DNA from: Octopus sinensis
Lineage: Eukaryota
Reading direction: 5' to 3'
Length of the DNA: 64,000 nt
Assembly (NCBI RefSeq): GCF_006345805.1
Contig: NC_042997.1
Span: forward strand, 1-64,000
Numbering within the stretch: position 1 is the first letter of the stretch; every line of letters starts with the position of its first letter. The notes below the pieces were generated by a model. The model was not told the origin of the DNA and ran no database searches. It worked only from the letters and a program-made list of their open reading frames with translations. A program made the translations under genes and the position numbers. Below, in pieces: positions 12,653 through 26,779 of this stretch.

Positions 12653-13878
12653 TGATGAAAATGATTCAAACCATGACCGTCTCTTTTGTATTTAGACAGT
12701 ATGCATCAAAGCCATAATTTCCAATATGTTTTTGTTCCATTCTAAGACACTGAAACGAGGTTTGAATGTCATTTGGCTGCTATTTCTCGACATTCAGTTG
12801 ACCACGTAGAGGCTCTTTTGTTGGCTCGTTTAGTGCTAAATAAATTGATTTGGGAGGAATAACTTTCAGCGATATTCTATTTAAAGAACGGTTTCATTCA
12901 ATTATTTCAAAGGACAAGATGGGTCTCGATGAATGTTTGAGTGGTAATGGATTTTACTGAGTTTAGGAATGTCTTTGAGTGGTTTGGCATTAATGGGTTT
13001 GTTTCATTTATTCAGTGTCTCCGAAAAGCTCAGTACTAATGGATATGCTAAATTTAGATATGATTTTCTCAAATGTTCAGCTTCATATATGCTTATATTT
13101 TTTACTTCCTTTAAGACACACGCACACACCCACACATATACACACACATATGCATACATAAATGTCTATAGGTGAGTGCAGGGTTATAATAACTGAAAAG
13201 TATAATAAATAAGCAAAAAAAAACACGAAATTGAGAAAATATTTTAATGCACAAAGATATATAAAGAAAACTAGAATTGAAGGAAAGAAGACAGATGAGA
13301 TAAATAAACATGTATTATGAATAAATTTATGATGGTATAAAGAAAAGTAAAATTAATAAATGAAAAAAAATATTTTGCATCATGTGTTGTGAGATAATGA
13401 TGCCCAACATGATGATAATATTGGTGATGGTGATGGTGGTTGTATTAGTGATGGAGTTTATTGTTAAAACTAGGCCGTAACGGACATAATGCTTTCCAAT
13501 ACATCACTGACGATAAGCAGACATAAAGCAGAGTTTTGGGACGGCTATTGCCAAAATGCGTTTCTATTTTGCACGCTAAATTACTTTCACAATATAGAAT
13601 CCCTTGCTTTTCTCTATTTTCGTTTGATATTTTCCTTTTTATATTTATTTATAGTTTTTATTTATTCTGTGGCGGTGACTTGTTTTTTTTTTCCCCCTAC
13701 TTTTAATGATTTAGTTTCTGTGTGTTTTGCTTATTTTTTCTCTCGACCTGCCAACCCAAGCATTTTGAAGGTAGTTATGTATCAAGCGAGGAATGGACAA
13801 ACTTGCAGTATAAAGAAAATTGCTTTTTTGGTAATACCGCTTGGTCACGAGAAATTCTCATTTATTAAAAGTCAAAGA

Positions 13879-14346
13879 GATAGATAGATAGGTATAAGGG
13901 AAGAGAGAGAGAGAGAGGAAAAGTGAGAGAGAGAGAGAGAGAGAGCAAGAGAGAGAAAAAAATGGAAGAAAGAAAGAAAGAAAGAAAGAGGGAATATGAA
14001 ATGGAAAGAAAACACGAGAAAGAAAAGAAAAGATAAATACGGATAGATAGGTAGGGAACTAGAGAGCAAGAGAGAAAGATAAAGAGAGATAGAGAGAGAG
14101 AGAGAGAGACAAAGAAAGAGAGTAAGAGAGAGTGAGAGAGAGTTTAAGGTAGAAAAATAGGGACATAATGAGGCAAAGAGAAAGCCATGTAGAAACGTCT
14201 GAGTAAGAATGATAGAGGGAGAAAATGAAACAAAGAGAAAGGAAGGTAGAGAGGAGAGAGTGAGCAATCGAGCAAGCGATTGAGAGAACAAGAGAGAAAG
14301 AAAAAAAGAAAGAAATAGAGAGCGAGATAGAGAGATAGAGAGATAA

Positions 14347-14388
<42 letters not shown>

Positions 14389-14565
14389 AATGCTAATAGA
14401 TAAGGACAAATAAGAAAATAAAACTGAGAAAGAATATATGTAGCTAGTTAGCCAGATAAACAGACAAACACTCACATACACACGCAGGTATACATACCTA
14501 CATACATACATACATACATACATACATACATACTTACATACAAACATACATACATACAAACATAC

Positions 14566-14596
<31 letters not shown>

Positions 14597-14869
14597 CATA
14601 CATACATACAAACATACATACATACATACATACAAACATACATACATACATACATACATACAAACATACATACATACATACATGCATCCATACATATATA
14701 TATTAAACACGTATATTTTTGATATATATGTAGGTAGATACATACATATATGCATATGTGTGTAGTGTATATATATTTATATATATATATATATGTGTAT
14801 GTATATATATATATCTCTATATATATATGTATATATATTTGCATATATATTTGCATATATATATACATG

Positions 14870-14915
<46 letters not shown>

Positions 14916-15310
14916 CTTGTATATATGTGTATGCGTGTGTATGCGTGTATATATGCATGAGTGTGCATATATGAGTATGTGTGTATAGTGATAAGTAGAT
15001 ACAGATAGATATTTGGTGAGATGGAGAGTGAGAGAGTGTCAATGAAAAAAAAAAAAAGGAAAAAGAATAAAATAGCAAGAATTTCCACTCTCCATATCTC
15101 TTATCGCGTATCTCATGAGAATATGGTTCACAGGGACATTTGTTTTCCATACAAAAACACTAAGAGACACACATCTACACATACTTACACAAACACACAC
15201 ACACACACATAAACACATGCGCATGCGCGAGCACACACTCACGCGCGCGCGCACACAGAGCGTCGGAGATAAGCAGCAATGCACACATGCACACCCATCA
15301 ACATACACGC
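13879..15310. repeat. Compound low-complexity block: GA/GAAA polypurine, (TACA)n, (TA)n, (TG/CA)n
   Basis: Direct reading. It accounts for all ORF-track entries in this interval. Confidence 0.95.
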
Positions 15311-15807
15311 AGTAAAATACATTAACATCAATACGATTTGTCGTGGTTTAAAATAATTTTGCAGTGTTTGAAGCATTTAAGCAAACTTACGTTACAGACA
15401 AACAGTGTTTTTTTTTTTTTTTTTTTTTTTTTACCTTCTACAATGTTTCAGACAATATTTATCACAGATCGAGGAGTTTGTTGCAACGGTTATAGTAAAA
15501 TATTCTGTTTCTCTGTAGAGTAAACTTGAGTTCGTGTTTCTGGCGAGGTTTGTTTCTTCATGAAGAATTTTATGGAGTATTTTTTATACACGCTCACATA
15601 CTTTCTCTCTTTCCTTCCCCCTCTCTCACATACACACAAATACTTACACACATGCATCCACTTCCCCTCGCCATATATATATGTAAGCAGACAAATATAT
15701 ACACTAATGCTTTTGTAATGCGGGTGAATTAACTAGTGTTAAAGACAGGAAAGCGACTATATTTGACACTGGATCTTTGCTATTACTATAACAGAAACAA
15801 CAAAATG

Positions 15808-15850
<43 letters not shown>

Positions 15851-15857
15851 GATGCTG

Positions 15858-15911
<54 letters not shown>

Positions 15912-15960
15912 GTAACAATAACAGCAACAGCTAAAACAACAACAATAACAACAGCAACTA
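15808..15960. repeat. (TAC)n then (AAC)-rich microsatellite
   Basis: Direct reading. Confidence 0.95.
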
Positions 15961-16019
15961 CAAGATCGCTGAAAATGTTGAGGTGAAGAAGGATATTACT
16001 ATCACGAACTCAAATATTG

Positions 16020-17700
16020 GAAAGCACTTAAAAAATGGTGGAGAAGTCGGGAGCTGCTGAATCAGGTCTTGTCCATGGTTTCTGCCTGAAAGTGTTTACG
16101 AGTCTACGTGAAACCGTAGTGACATAACTAAATGAATAGACATCGAAGTGAGGTACACCACTACGGTTAACAAAAGGAAAGAACTTGCCTGATAACGAAG
16201 GACAAATTGGAAAGGAAAAGCTGTCTTAAATTACCAATTAATTACATATCTACTATTTATGTGGGAACACATGACAGGGATAATTTGGGAAGAGGTATGG
16301 CAACACTTACATTAGAAATATCTAAAGGCTACCGAATTAGGAGGTGCGAAAAACCAATTAATGGCCGAAAAAAAAATGTCTGAAACATTGCAGAAGGTAA
16401 AAAGTAAAGCTTTTTGTCTGCAACCTAAGTTTGGCTTAAATGCTTCAGACACTACAAAATTATTTTATTCATGCGTTAGTCGATTACAAAAAAGCATATG
16501 GCCTAGAATCGTATCCGTGGATCAAGCGGTTCCTAGAACTTTCAAGAGTTCGAAAATAATTAGTTTCCTTTTAGAAAAGGCAATACGGCATTGCAGAGAA
16601 AAGTTAATAACTGCAAGTCAAAGATTAAGATACATACTAGAAGCTGAATCTTTGTATCTTTTTTGTAATCACTCTGCTCTCTTCGTCGATTCTAACAGCT
16701 AAGCTAAAGAAGGATACTCAGTGAAGAAGAAATGGAGAAAGAGAATAATCTACCTATGGACGACATAAAATTTTCTCTCAAAAATGTATTCCCTGAATTC
16801 CTTATTGTAAGCTGTAAGAATATTTAAAGTGACATGGAGTAATATTCCGATCGTGAAATGGCTATGCTAAGATAAAGCTGAAAAAGTGGTGCTGGAATAC
16901 ACCTACGTAATGATGAGACTAGCATCGCTAAATATAGAAGAAACATAAAAATGAGTACGAGAAAATAACTAAATGAAAAATATGGAAATGAAGGAAACCC
17001 TGCAGCAGGAATTATTGAATGGTAGAATGATGAAACGAAGTATGTCAATAGCAAAACTAAGGAGATCACAATGTGAAATGAAGACAGGATATACTGAAGG
17101 AGAACTGCAGTAGGGGGCGAGTTAATGAGTGTCGAAGGGGTAGTAGAACCACAGGACACAAGTAAAGGTTTCTGTTTTGAAAGCACGCACAAAAAAACAA
17201 CAACAAAAAACGAACAAAAAGGAAACACTTATTAAGGTTTAGGATGTAATAAGTTAAAGAAACTTGACAGAATTTGTAGAACCCAAAAAGAGAAAACAGA
17301 AAATGTGGAAAGGAAATCATTAAGGTTTGAAAGAAAGAAGCTGTATTCAGTGATTTTCGAAAAAAACAGATGAGTTATGTTTGACAAGGGCATATGGCTG
17401 GGGTTAAAGAAAAAAGTATACAAGAAGAAGACCAAGGAAATATCTTTAGAAGTAGAAGAACAAGCTGCCCAGGAACAAGCTGTTCAGGAACAAGCCATTA
17501 TAACGAACCTTGTAAAGTTAGAGACTGATAAAACTTAGTCAGACAGCAAATGTAGAATCTGTGAAAAAGGAGATGAAAGTGATAACCATTTTTAAGTGCA
17601 TGTAGTAATCTAATATAAAGCGTAGAAGTACACGTCGGTAAAAGCGTGCGTCGAGATGTTAATCGAGATTTATGGGCCTAAGAGTGACCAAAAAGTAGCA
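16020..17700 (+). mobile_element. Decayed R4/Dong-like RLE non-LTR retrotransposon, copy 1
   Basis: 16241 ITYLLFMWEHMTGIIWEEVWQHL (RT-upstream motif); about 17390-17590 KKKTKEISLEVEEQA...SDSKCRICEKGDESDNH (pre-RLE zinc knuckle); many stops and frameshifts. Confidence 0.65.
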
Positions 17701-17989
17701 TGTAATGTAATAACTTTTGAAATTTAACACCACCGCTGTCTCTGCCGCCGCCGCCGCCACAGCCCCCCCCACCATCAATAACAACAACAATAATAATTTC
17801 ACTTGCCACAGTGGCGTCGGATGCAAGGGTAATTACAGGGATGGCTTATACATAGTGTAAACTTTTACTTAAAATGGATTGAAGAGGAAAGAGGATGAAA
17901 TACGTAGTGTATAAAGTGTATAAATTCATGAATATATGGCTGATTGTAGAGCTTTACAAAAGCTACTTTCTTGTATAGCAGTTAATTAT

Positions 17990-18192
17990 ACTGTGGTTTC
18001 AAATTTTGGTTCAAGGCCAGCAACTTAACGGTAGTGGGTAAACTGATTATGACTGGTGCTTATGTTATCGACTCCTAAAGGATGAAAGGCAAAGTCGATC
18101 CCCGCGGAGCTTGTACCTAGAACGTAAAGACGGATGAAATGCCGTTAAGCATTTTGTCTGGTGTGCTAAAAATTCTGCCAGCTCGCCACCTC
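17990..18192 (-). mobile_element. Family A SINE
   Basis: Same core and tail as the 2710-2875 copy. Confidence 0.85.
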
Positions 18193-18219
18193 AACAGCAA
18201 CAACAACAATAATGCTCTG

Positions 18220-18745
18220 ATGCAGTACCAGGTATTGGCTGTCATGGCCTCTGGTCTTAACTGATGGGAAGTGTTATCATGTACATGTTCTGTCTTGGTA
18301 TAACAGATGGGCTAAAGCAAATATTCTGCTCAATACCATAGCTTTGCTTGTCACTTGTTTGACCCTAACCAGTTGAGCATATCCCTTGGTGGCTGACGAT
18401 ATGTGCCTCTCTGATCACGAGAAGTAGGGGGAGCATCATAGCCATGTGTCGAGAGGGATTCTTTGGGATTTGAATAATTCATCTCTGGAAACATGGGTGT
18501 TTCGTTCAACATCCTTAAACAACCCTTATTCAGGGAACTTTTGAGTTTCATGGGTTACTCGACCAGAAGAAAATTCTAAATGGGCCCCATCTACAAGGTC
18601 ATGCGTTGTTTATTTTGATGAGATCACCATGTCACGCACATATGGTTGTTGTGCATGTGCCTGGTGTACCCTTATCAGACGGGTAGTATATTGGGCTTCG
18701 TATATTTTACCCTAGTGTCACTTTGATGGAATGCACTGCCCTCTC
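18220..18745. mobile_element. Probable interspersed repeat, family unassigned
   Basis: GC-richer 520 bp block between a SINE and a LINE remnant with no credible ORF. It resembles a repeat I recall from octopus DNA, but there is no second copy in this window. Confidence 0.35.
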
Positions 18746-18769
18746 AAAGATAATAAAAAATATACAAAG

Positions 18770-21590
18770 CGGTAGGATTTAAGTAAGATGGAGGAAGTAA
18801 AGAGAGGAAATATGAGGCTGAATGAAAGAGACCAGAATTGCGTGAATAAGAAATATCATCCAGAGGATATGGCATTTTTTAAATATCTGATAGGTTAAAA
18901 CAAAAGATCAAAACGAGTGGAGTTAAGATAAAAAAAAATACTAGGAAATATGCCTAAAATATAAACAAAATCAACAGTTTATAACAAATGAGAATCTGTT
19001 CTACGAAACTCTGTATGGAGGAGATAAGGAAGCAGCGGGGTTACCTGCTTTGTCATTGAGTAAGATCTGATCAGAGAATGTGAAATGCAACAACATGGAC
19101 GCTGGCTCCATGTAGTACAAGAAAAAATTCAAACACATAGAGATACAGGAGGATATTACCATCACGTTGCAATTTTGGTAAGATGAGAAATTGGAAGGCA
19201 GTTGATCCGAACCCTTTTCAGGTTTTTTTTGGTTTTGATGAATTTACATCCTAAACTAAAACTATTTCTTCAAGGCTGTGTACACAAAGTAATTGTACCA
19301 GACCGGGTAGTCGATGGAAGAACTGTTGATTGAGTGTGGAAGCACTCCGTTGGTTACGACGATGAGGGTTCCGAATCAACGGAACAGCCTGCTCGTGAAA
19401 TTAACGTGTATGTGGCTGAGCACTCCACAGACACGTGTACCCTTAACGTAGTTCTCGGGGATATTCAGCGTGACACAGAGAGTGACAAGGCCGGCCCATT
19501 GAAATACAGGTACAACAGAAACAGGAAGTAAGAGTGAGAGAAAGTTGTGGTGAAAGAGTACAGCAGGGATCACCACCATCCCCTGCCGGAGCCTCGTGGA
19601 GCTTTAGGTATTTTCGCTCAATAAACACTCACAACGCCCGGTCTGGGAATCGAAACCGTGATCCTATGACCGCGAGTCCGCTGCCCTAACCACTGGGACA
19701 TTACGCCTCCACCTGTTGATTGAGAAGGACTTAGTGAAGGGTGCCGTGGCGAGTAAGTATTGTCGGATTGCTTGGTTACCTTTGATGTGGAATCTTCTAA
19801 CTGGGAAAATTATAAAGAGATTGTACTACCATCTAGAAATAAGTAATATACTAACGGATGAACAGAAAGGCTGCAGGAAGGAATCACGAGGAACGAAAGA
19901 TGAGTTGCTGATTGTTAAGTCAATTCTGAGGAAATGCTGAAGAAGGTTGACAAGCCTATCAATAGCTAGGATTAACTATAGGAAGGCATATTGTATGTTT
20001 CCTCACTCATGGATTCTGAAATTCCTGGAGATGATTGGGGTAGCTAAACATATAACTTATTTGTTCAAGAACACTATAAGAAATTGGAAGATAGTTCGGA
20101 CTGCAGGTGGAAGGGAAATTGGACAAGTTAATATCAGGAGAGATATCTTTCAAGGAGACTCTGTCATTCTGCTGTTTATTGTTAGTATGTTACAACCAGA
20201 TGACATTTGGTCTAGATAAATGTGCTGTTAGTGAACTGAGGAGAGGGTGAATACATCTTCAAGATGATGAGCGGATAAGAGAAGTGAACTGAGAGGGTTA
20301 CAGTTATCTTGATGTTTTACAATCGGATGATGAACACCAAGATAGAGAAATTTTCTTCTGAATATACCAAAAAGTTAAAAGGCTACGTTCATGTAAGCGG
20401 AATGGAGGGAACCTGATAAGAGGCATCAACGCGTTGGCTATAAGTGCTATTCATTGCTACGCAGGAGTTGTGGAACGGACAAAAGAAGAACTGGTCAACA
20501 TGGCTAGAAAAACTAGGAAAGTAATGGCTGTGAAAGGTGCCTTCATACTAGAAGTAACATAGCAAGGATTTACTTACCTATGAAGGAAGGTGGAAGAGGT
20601 CAGGCTGGAATAGAGGATAGTGCTGTGAATATCAAATCCCTAGCATCCCTAACTCGAGGAATACCGATGAAAGAATGTTACTGGCTGCAATGAGTAAAAA
20701 GGTGATTAATAGCAATAGTGAAACCCTCCAGGATTACAATATGAGGACTAACAGATGAAAGATCATCAGCTGCAAAGAAAATGTGTTTTTCCAACAAACA
20801 CCGATGAAGCCGATGAAGAATCCTGGAGATGGTTAAGGCATGGATTTTTAATGAAAGAGATAGAAGTGAAATTTGCTGCTCAAGAACAAACTCTATTTCG
20901 AACCAACCCAATTAAGTGTAGCATTGATAGGACAGTAGTATCACCTCTGTGTAGGTTATATGAAAAATCATATGAGACAGTTAGACATATAATTAGTGGG
21001 TGCTCAAAAGTGGCCCAAAAGAAGGACATAGTAGCAGTATGAGTACACTGGAAGTTGTGCAAAAAATATGGGCTAGTATGTTCGAGCAAGTGGTATGAGC
21101 ATCGACCTTTGCCAGTATCAGAGAATGACCAGGTGAAACTCATATGGGATATGCTAATACACACAGACAAAAAGCAGCAACATACCCGACCACATGTCCC
21201 CTTCCTACGGAGGAAGCCCAAAGAATGGATCTTTATCGACGTAGCTATTACTGCAGACTAGAATATTGTGAAGACAGAAGACAAGAAAGTAAGTTGAGAA
21301 GTACTAAGACTTAACATTGGAAGTGAAACGAATCTATACAGCCTCAAACGTCAGTGTGTTACCTATTGGGATCAGTGGACTTGGGACCATCTCAAAGAAA
21401 GCAATATTCTGGAATTAAAATCTGCAAATAAGAAACTTCATATGAAGTATTCAGTTGGCAGCAATACTTGGCACAGTTCATGTGTTGAGAAAAGTGTTGA
21501 GTTCCCAGCGTGCGGGATGGTGCTGAAACATGACATTAATAAACCAAGAGAAGTTAAGTGAATGAAATAATAATATTATAAAATAATAAT
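18770..21590 (+). mobile_element. Decayed R4/Dong-like RLE non-LTR retrotransposon, copy 2 (best preserved)
   Basis: EQKGCRKESRGTKDELLI (19716 ORF); INYRKAYCMFPHSWI and IFQGDS (19947 ORF); FAAQEQTL...SPLCRLYEKSYETVRHIISGC (20755 ORF); KWYEH.P.PV.END.VKLIWD...TD...RPH...IDVA (21055 ORF); TAA-rich 3' tail at about 21565-21590. Confidence 0.9.
19300..19712 (-). mobile_element. tRNA-derived SINE, family C, inserted into LINE copy 2
   Basis: Minus-strand head gtggaggcgtaatgtcccagtggttagggcagcggactcgcggtcataggatcacggtttcgattccc has A and B boxes; its 5' half is shared with 60297-60598. Confidence 0.85.
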
Positions 21591-22810
21591 ATGTTGGTTG
21601 GATCGACTACAAGAAAGCCTACAATAATGTCCTACACTGTTATTTCTTGGAGTGCCTAAAGTCACTCGGGGCTAATGAAAAGTGTGACAGTTTTTTTTAG
21701 AGAAAAAGCAATGTGATCATAGGAAGTTGTAGGAAAATATCAAAATAAATCACTAGGAAATGTGAAAATACGCAGGTGGGATATGCCAGAGAAACTCGCT
21801 TTCTCTGTTACGTTTTGTAATTGTGTTAATCGCTCTGATAAGAATACCGAGAAGATCCAGGCCTGCCTATGAATTTTCGAAAATCATGGTGAAAATAAAT
21901 TATTTGCTATGTATGGATGGCCTCAAACTATATGCGGAACCGAAAAAGCCCTCGATTCTGTGATCTAAACTGTAAGAATATTTAGCAAGAATATTGTTAT
22001 GTAGTCTTGGATAAATAAGTGTGCAGTGTTTATTAGGAAGATTGGCTGAAAGATTAAATGTGATAGTATAAAATTACCACAAGATGATTTCACTAGACCA
22101 TATAAGGAAGGATACAATTACCTAAATATAAGGAATATATAAGGAAGGACACAATTACCTAAAGGAGCTGCCGGACGATACAATAATTGAAATATAAATT
22201 AGAGAAAAAATCCCCCAAGATTACAATAGAAGCATTAGAATGGTGCTCGAAAGAAACTAAATGGAAGAAATATCAAAGCATTGAAAACAAGTGACAGCAT
22301 TAAGCTACTCCGCCCTTTTTCTAAAATAAACAAAATGAAGAACGACACAAGAAACTGAGGATGTTTGAAATAAGGAACATTGGTTTTGACTGACAGATAC
22401 AAACCTGAAACAAAAAACTGAATCGCTAATTATAGCCGCTCAAGCACAAGCATTTAGAACGAACTTGACAACGGTAAAAATGAATAAAACTAAGTCAGAG
22501 AGCAAACACAAAATCTGTGCAAATGAAGCACGGAAAGAGTAGAAGTGTATGCATGACTGTGTCTGTAAAATAGTGCATTGGGATGCTAACAGAGTTTATG
22601 GATTCAAAGTAACCGAAAAGTAGTGTCAATACGACCCACAGTCTGTGATGGACAACAATAACTAAAGGATTTATGGGATTTCTTCTTAAAAGCTGAGAAA
22701 AACGAGGTTGTCGGTACGACAACATTTGCAGTTTTTACGGCAGATTTGTTGTAAACATGAGCGATAATATTCTTTAGAAGTTTCTGGGTGCCGATGAATT
22801 TCAACTAAGT
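21590..22810 (+). mobile_element. Decayed R4/Dong-like LINE, copy 3
   Basis: WIDYKKAYNNVLH at about 21598; NYLLCMDGLKLYA (decayed catalytic xMDD motif) at about 21898; pre-RLE remnant at about 22400-22520. Confidence 0.75.
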
Positions 22811-22869
22811 TTTGAAGCCAGGACTATGGACAATCTACAGATATGAATGAGTGGGGGGAAACTCTATTT

Positions 22870-23030
22870 AGGATAAATGCACCAGGAACGGTATAGGCTT
22901 GTTCGTCAAGCTCATTATTTTATCCCCAAAGTATAAAAGGTTAAGTCGACCACGGCGAGATTTGAACCTAGAACGTAAAGACGGACGAAATGTTTCTAAG
23001 AATTTTTTTTTTGCCTTGCGTGCTAACGAT
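22870..23030 (-). mobile_element. Degenerate family A SINE
   Basis: aaaggttaagtcgaccacggcgagatttgaacctagaacgtaaagacggacgaaat core. Confidence 0.75.
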
Positions 23031-24239
23031 TATTAATAATACAAGTCCAATCGTTAGCATGTCGGAAAAATAGCTTACACCATTACATTACAGGCTCCTG
23101 AATTCAAATCGCACCTTTTCAGAGTCAATAATACCAGTCAAATACTGAGGTAGATGCAACCGACTATTACAAAATTTATGGTGTTGTACCTAAGTAAATA
23201 TCAAACATAAATAGAAAAACGAGGAAAATAATATTTTTACGAAAAAACTATGAAAATTAAAATAAATATATGTATAAATATTAAAATAAGAAATAAAATA
23301 TTGAAACCGTTATTGTTTGATAAGAATACAGAAAACACTAATATTTGGCAGCATTTGGAATTTTAAAAAAAGTTATTCATTTTTTACGGCCATCTTAAAT
23401 TTGGAAAATTACATTTAGAAAATAATTCTGATTTTCTTCCGGCATTACTCTTCCTATAATAAAATTATCTTATCTTTCTATAATGAAAATATTGTAAACT
23501 CAACATATAAAACAATAAATGTATAAAAAAAATAGAAGTAGATAAAAACGAAATTACTTCCCAAGTAAAAGACGCCGGAAGTTCTTTATGAAGTTTTTGT
23601 TGGTAGTCATTCTGATAAATTCGGTAACTGATGTGACTGATGGGGCTGAGGTGAAGGGTTTAGAGATTTACTTGATCGTCTCTACAGTTGTTGCTGCAGA
23701 TAGGGATATCAATGACCTCTAACATTTTGAGTTAGGTGTCTGTCGATTAAATGAATCCCAATGCTCAACCGCTATTTATATTATCAGTCTGACACTTTCC
23801 GTCTGCTCTTTTCCTTCTTGTGGGAATGAAACGTTTCACTCATATGGAGGTCTCTTTCCCAACATTCATAGGTCCGAAAAAAGCCGAAGCTAATGATGCG
23901 TATATGTGCACTGAGATTGCTATGTGTGCAGAAATTCCTAGATGATGAATAGTCTTGGCCCACCTTGAGGCGAATTTTTCCAAAGCCCGTCTTTTTGATG
24001 CCGCTGTAGTTCTGAGTCAAGCAAAGAACATCGCTGGGCATCTGTATCTCAAATGTTGTCACATGTTCTTGGGGAATGCTACCGGTGCAACTTCCACGTT
24101 AACATTCTGTAGAGGACTAAAGGTGAGAAAGTGCGACTATGCTCTTACGAAAATACTAAACGCAGATGCGAATCAACTGACAAAAAGACCACCGAAAATA
24201 AAAAGCTGTGCCCTGTTGTGGTCGCAGAAAGAAAAGTCA

Positions 24240-26420
24240 TGATATTAGTGGGGTAGAGCGTTGAAATAACAGTATGTTGCCAGGACATATAGTGGCCGAC
24301 TCAGTCATTTCTGCGAAGTGGTCAACTGTCTCATTGCACCGACTGCATAATTTGCAGTCGATGTTGACAACTTTTTTTCCAGTATGTTACTTTTGTAAAT
24401 ATTTATGGCTCCGATTTGCTCCTGTGCAACTAAAATTAATCTTTCTGATTCCGCTTTTAGCCTGGAGCTTTTGAGCCATTATTGTCTATCACTCTGTCGA
24501 TTATTGCAGAGTATTGATCATGAAGTAGTTTTTGTCTCCATATTTTCTTTAATATATTTTGGAATTCCTCTTTCATTTTGTCTTTCGTTGTTTTTAACTC
24601 TACCTGTTGTTTTCTGCTTATCTAAATCTTTTTCTTCAGTGTAGCTAGTTCACTGATTATATTTTGTTTCTTGATAGATAGAGAAGCGTTTTCTTTATTA
24701 TTTTCACCTTGCTTTTGTTTTATTGATATTATATCCTCATGTTTTCAAGAATTATATGCGAGTTTCTGCTACACTTTCAGGAGCATCGCCATGTTCATGA
24801 GCTGTGTGCATCATTGCCTTTTGGGGATATAGAATTCTGTTTGTATTAGACACTAGTTTTGTTATTTTGAAGTGCTTGTTTTGTTGTTCCTGGTATTTTC
24901 TTTTTATATTTAATGTTTTGTTATAGTATAGAATATGCGTAATATGAGCTATATTAGTTCTTGTTGGGTAGCGATTGTGTTTCTTATATAAGTGTGTGGC
25001 AACTGTGTACAACATGGTTTGTAAGTGTTGTTGTTAGAGTGTTCTGTACAGAATATATCCGCTATAGGCGCTGGAGTGGCTGTGTGGTAAGTAGCTTGTT
25101 TACCAACCACATGGTTCCGGGTTCAGTCCCACTGCGTGGCACCTTGGGCAAATGTCTTCTACTATAGCCTCGGGCCGACCAAAGCCTTGTGAGTGGATTT
25201 GGTAGACGGAAACTGAAAGAAGCCCGTCGTATATATGTATGTATATGTATATGCGTGTGTGTGTGTTTGTGTGTCTGTGTTTGTACCCGTTGCATTGCTT
25301 GACAACCGATGCTGGTGTGTTTATGTCCCCGTCACTTAGCGGTTCGGCAAAAGAGACCGATAGAATAAGTACTGGGCTTACAAAAAGAATAAGTCCTGGG
25401 GTCGAGTTGCTCGATTAAGGGCGGTGCTCCAGCATGGTCGCAGTCAAATGACTGAAACAAGTAAAAGAGTACAAGAGTAAGAGAGTATAGTTTTATCGTA
25501 TGATGATTGTGCTGTGGCTGTGTTGTATTATTTCGTAGCGTATTATTTTCTTGGATACTGATTGTAGCTAGTATGTTTTGTGAAAGGAGAGTTACTGTTT
25601 AGGTTGAGCTATTGAACATGAAAAAATAATAAGTAAAATGTGGGCTTGTCTACTAGTGTTATATTTTGCACTGCATGAAATGCTGTGAGTTCTGGCATGA
25701 TTTATGTTTTCCTTCATATTTGTTATCATACTCAGTGCCGCATTATTATTGGTATGCCTTTTACGCTAATGCCCTAAATCTCACTCAATACAGTTACAAG
25801 AAATTTGTATTTTCAATAGTTTTTCACCTCCTACCGAGTAAAACTTTGATAAGAAGGCATGAAGGTATATATCATAGTCCAGAAATGAACAGTCTCTCAT
25901 AATGTCTTTTTCAGACATGCCTCAAATGCTTGTAACTTGGTCACTGTCATGTACAATGCTTGGTACATTATTATACCACTTCATATCCGTTTTCACATTG
26001 AAGTGTCACTATATTACCCATTTGCCATTCCTACAAATTTATTTCTCATCAGTTGTCTCATAGTACTGGTTGCAAGATCTGTACTTGAAATTAAGATCTT
26101 TTTACGGGTATTTTATATTTGTAGTTATTTGTGTCTAGATGTAATCAAGTGAAGCTGAAATCCATCTTACCAATTCTGTTTTTACTCAAGAGCCTTTGAG
26201 CTATTTATGTGTTTCGCTCAGATTTACTTCGTCTCTAACATGTATTATAAAATATTGATAACGTCGTAACTTTAATCTGATCTCATTTTCTTTTCAATTA
26301 TTCTTTAAAACTTTCTTGTAACTTGATTTAGTTAAAACTTGTTCTTCGGTATAGTTTGTTACTCTTTATAATTTATCCATACCATCAGTAATATAGAAAA
26401 ACATTTCTACAAAATTTTAC
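24240..26420 (-). mobile_element. Decayed R4/Dong-like LINE, copy 4 (opposite strand), split by a SINE
   Basis: Minus strand W.QKLLHDQY...SRLKAESERLILVAQEQ...IDCKLCSRCNETVDHF (24300-24530); weaker RT-upstream remnants at 25600-26400. Confidence 0.65.
25063..25480 (+). mobile_element. Full-length family B SINE
   Basis: tRNA-like head ggcgctggagtggctgtgtggtaag...ggttcagtccc; CORE-like ccttgggcaaatgtcttct; TG repeat; tail tgactgaaacaagtaaaagagt. Confidence 0.93.
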
Positions 26421-26507
26421 ACGGACTTGGTAAGAACTGGGCTGCTAGAAATGATATGTTCAACTGTCATTGTACTTGATATACAGTTAGCGCTTCATTT
26501 TACCATC

Positions 26508-26634
26508 TTCCTTCTTCTTCTTCTTCTTCTTCTTCTTCTTCTTCTTCTTCTTCTTCTTCTTCTTCTTCTTCTTCTTCTTCTTCTTCTTCTTCTTCTTCTT
26601 CTTGAACTATGCGATCTATTTATCTATCTGTCTG

Positions 26635-26696
<62 letters not shown>

Positions 26697-26735
26697 ATCT
26701 ATCTATCTATCTATCTGTCTATCTACCTGTCTGTC
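26508..26735. repeat. (CTT)n followed by (CTAT)n microsatellites
   Basis: Direct reading. Confidence 0.97.
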
Positions 26736-26779
26736 TGTCTAATACAGAAGCAAATGAGCTATCCATCATTCTTAATATA

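Noticed and set aside
23560-24240. Coding-like unique stretch with ORFs at 23784 and 23955
   Set aside because: No family motif or splice structure recognised; probably an old TE, left unassigned.
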